Translations under genes and position numbers: made by a program
Assembly (NCBI GenBank): GCA_965235115.1
Contig: OZ249436.1
Coordinates: forward strand, 48,114,001-48,178,000
Length of the DNA: 64,000 bases
Direction: 5' to 3'
DNA from: Laetmonice hystrix
Lineage: Eukaryota
Notes under the pieces: model-generated
What the model was told of the DNA's origin: nothing
Database searches by the model: none
The model's input: only the letters and a program-made list of their open reading frames with translations
Shown: piece after piece, positions 58,655 through 64,000 of the stretch
Numbering within the stretch: the stretch's first letter is position 1
Layout of the letters: each line of letters begins with the position of its first letter

Positions 58655-60740
58655 ATGACCAGGTGTCAACATGAGTTGCTCTTATGGGACAACCATGACC
58701 GCTGCGTCAGGTGTCGGGAGTGTTCGTCTTTGGAGCCGTGCACGGCGCGTGGCTCTCCCTATTTTGAGTAAGCCGAGAAAACGACCACTGGCGGAGGACG
58801 ACCGTCGGCGGTGTGAAGCGCTCGAGAGTTGGAGGCCAGACGGGGTCGCGGACCTCGGCTCTCCGTCTGAGTCGACGGCTGGGGCGGACTCGGTGACCGG
58901 GTCGTCAGTCCGGGGGGTCTCAGCCGGACCTGCCGTCGAGCTTAGGATGTGGTAGGACGACCTCCCCGGGGAAGTTGGCTTCGGGCGGCGAGGGGGCCGG
59001 TGTGGCTCAGGTCTCCTTTCGGCGAAGTGGAGACCTGGCTCGCTTTTACGATTGGTACGGGGTCGCACGCGGTTGACCGTCCAAGTAGACGGGATTCCGT
59101 GATGCCTAACTTGACCCAGACGTCGAACTGTCCGCCAGACAGGCAGGGGCAGGACGGCGTCTCGTAACCTTTCGGAGATTGAGACAGGGTCGCACATGGT
59201 TGACCGTCCAAGTAGACGGGATTCCGTGATGCCCAACTTGACCCAGACGTCGGACTGTCCGCCAGACAGGCAGGGGCAGGACGGCGTCTTGTCCAATCTA
59301 GTGGCCAGGGAGGCTGATGACCCGATGTTCGGGATGTCGGTCTCCCAGCCGGTGAACTGTCAGCCCAAGAGGCAGGGGCAGGGATCCGGCTTACCTGACG
59401 GCGGAGTGAGACTAGGCCACAGTCAGGGCGGTAGCGTTGCCCCCGGGCTTGATTTCTTTAGAGATCTCGAGCCCGTCGGCGGAGCCCTTCAAAGCGCGGG
59501 GGCGTCGAGCGTCCGGCGTGACGAGCCTGTGCGTGACGGCGCTCGCCTTCAGTTCTCACGGGGGAGAACTACGACACCCTCGGCCACGATAACACGGGAG
59601 TCGGTTAGCCGGGACCCCTACCAGAGGCGTAGTAGGCCCTTTCAAGATGGGAGTGACTCGGTTGCTGATCTCTCCCCTCCCCGACTAGTTGCGGAGTCCG
59701 GCCCGGTTAGGTCTAGGTCTCCTCTACGTCGTCACCAGCCGTGGGATGGAGACTCCGTGCAGGAGCTTCCCTTGAGCTTTGCGGAGTTGCGTAGCAAGGC
59801 ATCCCGCCTCCTAGGAGAGCAGGTTTGCCCGCCTCGTCGGGATTCCCCCTGCTTAGCCATGCCAGCGGTGCCTGCCTTTCAGTTAGACTGGGGTTCGCCC
59901 CTGCCGGAGGTGGTGATTTTTCCGTATGGAGCCAGTAATACACAGATTTGGGACGTCCTCTCGGCTTGGCTTAAAGGAGTTCCCGGTAAGCCTTCCACGT
60001 CGGGCTTGCCATGCCCACCGGTGGGAGCCCTGGATTCGACCCCTAGTGGTATGGGGACCGGGAATTTCTTCAAGTTTGACAAAGGAAAGACCCGGCCGAA
60101 GATTAAGTGGTTCCGTCCCCAGGACTTTTTGCTGCACTCGGGACCTCCAGCCGCCGGTCCCTTGCTAGATGGGGATGCTGTGGCTCTCAACATTTCGGAG
60201 CCTTCCAATATATCGGTTTTTCGTAACCTCTTAAGAGGATTTGACGATAGGGCACGAGCTACGACGGCCGCGGCGATTTCGGCCGAGTTTTTGTTAGCTG
60301 CGGCCCAGAAATCTCTACGCGCTAGGTCCCTTGCGGATGTGGAGGTTTTCTGTCTTCGTCTGTGATCGAGCTACAGGTGCGAACTCAGGCAAATGTGATT
60401 TTGCTTCGGCGTGATGCGGCTTTAAAGTCTTCAGTCTTATCTGAAGCATCTCGCACTCTGTTACGCCAAACCCCCCTGCAGGCGGACTGGCTATTCGCGG
60501 GTCAGTTGGCAGAGGCTGCGACGCGCGAGAAGGCGGCTCGGGAATTATGTCGCAGTCTTGAACCCCCAGCGGCTCTTCTCGTTATGATCGCCAAGTTCTA
60601 CGCCGGCCGTTGCAGCCCTTTCGGCCGTTCTACCCCCGGAGTGGGCCGACTGTTAGACCGACGGAGTCTAGGTTCCGGGGGCGGGGACGGGGGCCCAGTC
60701 GGGGCCATCCCCAGTCACGGGGCCATTCCCAGTCACGGGG
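58655..60740 (+). pseudogene. DIRS gag-like ORF1, broken by stops and frameshifts
   Basis: Cys/His N-terminus MTRCQHELLLWDNHDRCVRCRECSSLEPC; long Ser/Arg/Pro-rich ORF 59196-60365; ANVILLRRDAAL...LRQTPL..DWLF motif (60362 frame) typical of DIRS ORF1; ~127-bp internal duplication (59061 vs 59188). Confidence 0.75.
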
Positions 60741-60899
60741 CCGGTGGCGCGGCCGTCCTTAGTGGCGCTCCCTCTCCAGGAGGTGGGGGGCGACGGGGGG
60801 GGGGGCGACGGGGGATTCTTTCCTCTCGCCTCCCTTCTGCCGTCTCCCCTGCTCTCTCGGCCCGTGGGTCTGCTCCTTCGGCAGGCCCACGACGTGAGG

Positions 60900-62250
60900 G
60901 CGCGCGTTTTGGGTTGTTGCGATGTGTGGACCCTTTGCGTCCTCAGGGACGGTCTACGCATCGAGTTTGCGACCGTTCCGCCGCGTCTGTCGCCGGTAGT
61001 GAGGCCGTTCAGGCTGCCGCCTGGTTTAGTGCAACGCCGTGCGTTGCTGACGGAGGTCCGGTTCCTTCTAGACAAGGCGGCTGTGGTTCGAGTAGCGCCA
61101 GGGCAAGTAGCGCCGGGGTTCTTCTCCCCGATGTTTCTGGTGAGCAAGGCGTCGGGCGGCCTTCGTCCGGTCTTCAACCTGAAAGCTCTGAACACTCACC
61201 TTTACCGGGAAAAGTTTCAAATGGAGACGGTAGAGGGAGTGTCACATAGCTTGAGAGTGGGGGACTGGGCGGTGACCTTGGACTTCGAGGATGCATACCT
61301 TCATGTCCCCATCTTTCGCCCTCATCAACGGCACCTCGGGTGTTCACGAAACTGGCGGCGCAGGTCGGACACTGGGCCCGGCAGAGAGGAATGGTCCTTC
61401 ACCTGTACCTGGCCGACTGGTTGTTACGCATTCTAGATCGAAAGCTGTGGTGCGACCAGGCGGACGGGTTGCTCCGTACCTTGGCGGAGCTGGGGTGGAG
61501 GCTCAACCTTCCAAAGTGTTCCCTTCGACCGTCCCAACAGTTCGTTTATCTGGGATTCCGTTGGGACACGCTTTTGGGCCGAGTGTTTCTCACCGCCAGA
61601 TGGCAGGAGAAAATGTGGGCTATTCTCCCGCGGTTTCTCAGTTTTACGGACGGCTTCGGCCCGTTTGTGGCTCCAGGTGTTGGGTTTGCTCAACTTGGGG
61701 TCACGGGCGGTGCCGTTGGGCAGGCTGCACCTTCGTCCGATGCAGTTCGCTTTGCTGAGTCAGTGGCAACCGTTCAGAGATCCACTGGAAGCGCGTGTCT
61801 CGTTACCACCGAATCTAGGACTTTGGATCCGGTGGTGGACGGGACGGGAGGCTCTCACGGAGGGCCGGCTGTTTGGACAGAGGGTGCCGACTGTCCATAT
61901 GTTCACCGACGCGTCGTTGACGGGCTGGGGGGCCCATCTTCTAGACTGGGAGGCCCAGGGCACGTGGTCCCCAGAAGAGTTGGGGTATCACGTGAACGTC
62001 CTGGAACTGCTGGCCATTTTCAGGGGCCTGCGGCAGTTCACGGAACAGGTGACGGGGTCCGTACTGTTAATTCATTCAGACAGTGCGGTGGCGTTGGCTT
62101 ACCTTCGCAAGGAGGGGGGCACGCGTTCGGCTCGTCTGTTCCGGCTGACGTGGGACATCCTGTGGTGGTGTCGCAACCACGAGGTGGACTTACAGCTAAC
62201 CCACGTCCAAGAGAAGTCCAACCAATGGGCGGATTCGCTCTCGCGGGGGG
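60900..62250 (+). pseudogene. DIRS reverse transcriptase / RNase H, inactivated
   Basis: FFSPMFLVSKASGGLRPVFNLKALN...KFQMET...VTLDFEDAYLHVPI; PFGL segment missing at ~61340 with a frameshift; YLAD in place of YLDD; RNase H motifs FTDASLTGWGA, HVNVLELLAI, SDS, GGTRS, NQWADSLSR. Confidence 0.92.
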
Positions 62251-62254
62251 CAAA

Positions 62255-62640
62255 CTGCCACCGTCGGACTGGTCTCTACGGAGAGACGTAGTCCGGGGGA
62301 TTTTTCAGGTTTGGGGGGAGCCACAGGTGGATCTGTTTGCCACTCGGGCCAATCATCAGCTCCCCCTTTACGTGAGCCCCTTTCCGGATCCGTGCGCCAT
62401 TGCTGTAGACGCACTGTCGATCCCTTGCTACGGAGAGTGTTAGCAAAGATCAGATCGGAGAAGGCCACCCTGATTCTCGTGGCCCCCTGGTGGACATCAC
62501 AACCGTGGTTCCCCGATATAGGGGAGCTCCTACTGGATCGTCCCAGGGAGCTACCGGTTTCGGCGGACTTGCTGGAACAGAGGGGACAGTTTCACCCCGC
62601 CCCAAGACTGTACAGACTTCACGCATTTCTGTTGTCCGGG
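62255..62640 (+). pseudogene. DIRS methyltransferase-like domain, frameshifted
   Basis: DWSLRRDVVRGIFQVWGEPQVDLFAT...AVDALS, then another frame LLRRVLAKIRSEKATLILVAPWWTSQPWFP; the usual FPP segment appears deleted near 62425. Confidence 0.75.
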
Positions 62641-63692
62641 CACGATTTGAAGATCAGGGATTCTCTGGCCCCGTGGCAGAATTTATCTCCCTCAAGCATC
62701 GACGGTCGACCCGTTCCGTCTATCAGTCCCGATGGGCAGCCTTTGTCGCATGGGCTGAGGGCCGAAGGGTTGATGTCTCCGCTCCCTCTGTTTCGTCAGT
62801 ACTTTCTACTGGCCCAGTTTGACCGCGGACTGTCAGTATCGGCGGTCCGGGGGTATCGATCAGCTATTGCATCGACGGTGTCGGACTCGGAAGGTCAGTC
62901 CTTGTTCGTCTCGCCGGAGTTGAGTGCACTCCTGCGGAGTTTTTCCCTGCAAAGGCCGGTGGGGGCCAACAGGGCGCCTCTGTGGAATCTGGCTTTGGTT
63001 CTGGATTCCCTAACTCAGCCTCCCTTCGAGCCGCTACGGTCGGTGGACCTTATACACCTGACGTGGAAGGTGTTGTTCCTGGTGGCTCTAGCGTTGGGAC
63101 GGAGGCGGTCTGAGTTGCATGCATTCGGCGGGGCAGCTGAATACGTGCGGTTTGGCGGCGGTATTCGGGGGTAACGCCTTAGTTCTTACCGCAGTTCATT
63201 CCTAAGAATCAGGATCCGGCGATTCCTACCCTGGCGGGTTCCTTTCCGGCTTTGTCCCCTGAGGTGGGACAACATGATGCTGAGCGGCTCCTTTGTCCTG
63301 TGAGAGCTCTCAGATTCTACCTGACTAGGACAGCAGATCGGCGAGCGTTGTCAGAACGGTTATTTGTCTCTGATGATGACCGGGTTCGTAGAGACTTTGC
63401 GCCAGCTTCTCTGTCCCGCTGGCGATGCGAGACGGTAAGGCAAGCTTATGACACCGCCTCGCCAGATCAGTTGGCTGTATGCCAGGTGAGGGCGCTCGAG
63501 GTAAGGACGTTGTCAGCTTCTTGGGCTCATTTTAACGGGGTAAGTGTTGGGGACATCATGAAGGCTGCTTACTGGCGGGCGGAGTCTACGTTCACTAAGT
63601 ACTACCTCCGCCAGATGTGTGGTCAACGTCTTGAGCTCTACAGTCTGGGGCCGGTGGTGGCGGCTCAGACAGTAGTATCCGGGACGCGGTAG
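62630..63692 (+). pseudogene. DIRS tyrosine recombinase, frameshifted
   Basis: RRSTRSVYQSRWAAF; VRGYRSAI; PLWNLALVL; FLVALALGRRRSELHA; LLCPVRAL; ALEVR (His of HxxR replaced); AAYWRAESTFTKYYLR; stop at 63690-63692. Confidence 0.92.
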
Positions 63693-64000
63693 GCGTCTAC
63701 CGGGGGGAGGGGGGAGGGGGGGGGGAGTGCGAGTGGGATCAGAAAAGCGGAACACTCGAGGGGGAGATGTAGGACGGTGGATCGGGAAGTCCGGGGAAAT
63801 AGGAACTATTCCGGACAACAGGATCCCCTTACAATAAAGAAATTTTAGGTAAATTCTTTTACCTCCTCCCATGCTTAGCACTCGTATCTCATTATGTTAT
63901 TAAGTTATGAGGTAAGGGAGCGTATGACCTTAACCAATACAGTTTTAGGGATAAACTGTTTGTTAAGGAATACGCGTACTTACCTCATAACAGTACAACC

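Larger units (their letters stand above)
58132..64000 (+). mobile_element. DIRS1-like tyrosine-recombinase retrotransposon, degenerate, intronic; right end probably just beyond the window
   Basis: Domain order gag - RT - RNase H - methyltransferase-like - YR; abrupt rise in GC content; 58132-58180 is a perfect 49-bp reverse complement of 63886-63934. Confidence 0.95.

Noticed and set aside
58682..62468. Minus-strand ORFs inside the DIRS element
   Set aside because: Expected shadow ORFs of GC-rich coding DNA; no recognisable motifs.

Overview
This is intron-rich animal genomic DNA, probably from a marine invertebrate (inference), not prokaryotic. It holds two well-supported + strand spliced genes. 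The first is a complete ZNF474-like C2HC zinc-finger gene (4 coding exons, 9825-18907, 722 aa, eight C-X2-C-X11-H-X3-C fingers). The second is the 5' part of a secreted or cell-surface Ig + (Cys-rich/DB module/FN3)x4 protein (23 phase-consistent coding exons, 36298-58095, 937 codons), which continues past the window. A degenerate DIRS1-type tyrosine-recombinase retrotransposon fills 58132 to the window end inside an intron of the second gene. The rest contains many non-autonomous DNA transposons (TA, TWA and 6-bp TSD types), six minisatellite arrays and two decayed multi-exon gene remnants (minus strand 1-4630; plus strand about 31100-33900). The most unusual signals are: an 11-fold tandem amplification of a splice acceptor in which only the last copy keeps the reading frame; minisatellites that repeatedly sit on exon boundaries; a strong, regionally partitioned excess of TA-NNNN-TA palindromes (TAGGCCTA and relatives); and an in-frame cryptic acceptor at the DIRS gag start. 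I found no CRISPR array or RNA gene, and I cannot claim a new biological system from sequence alone. All exon calls are manual and lack transcript support.
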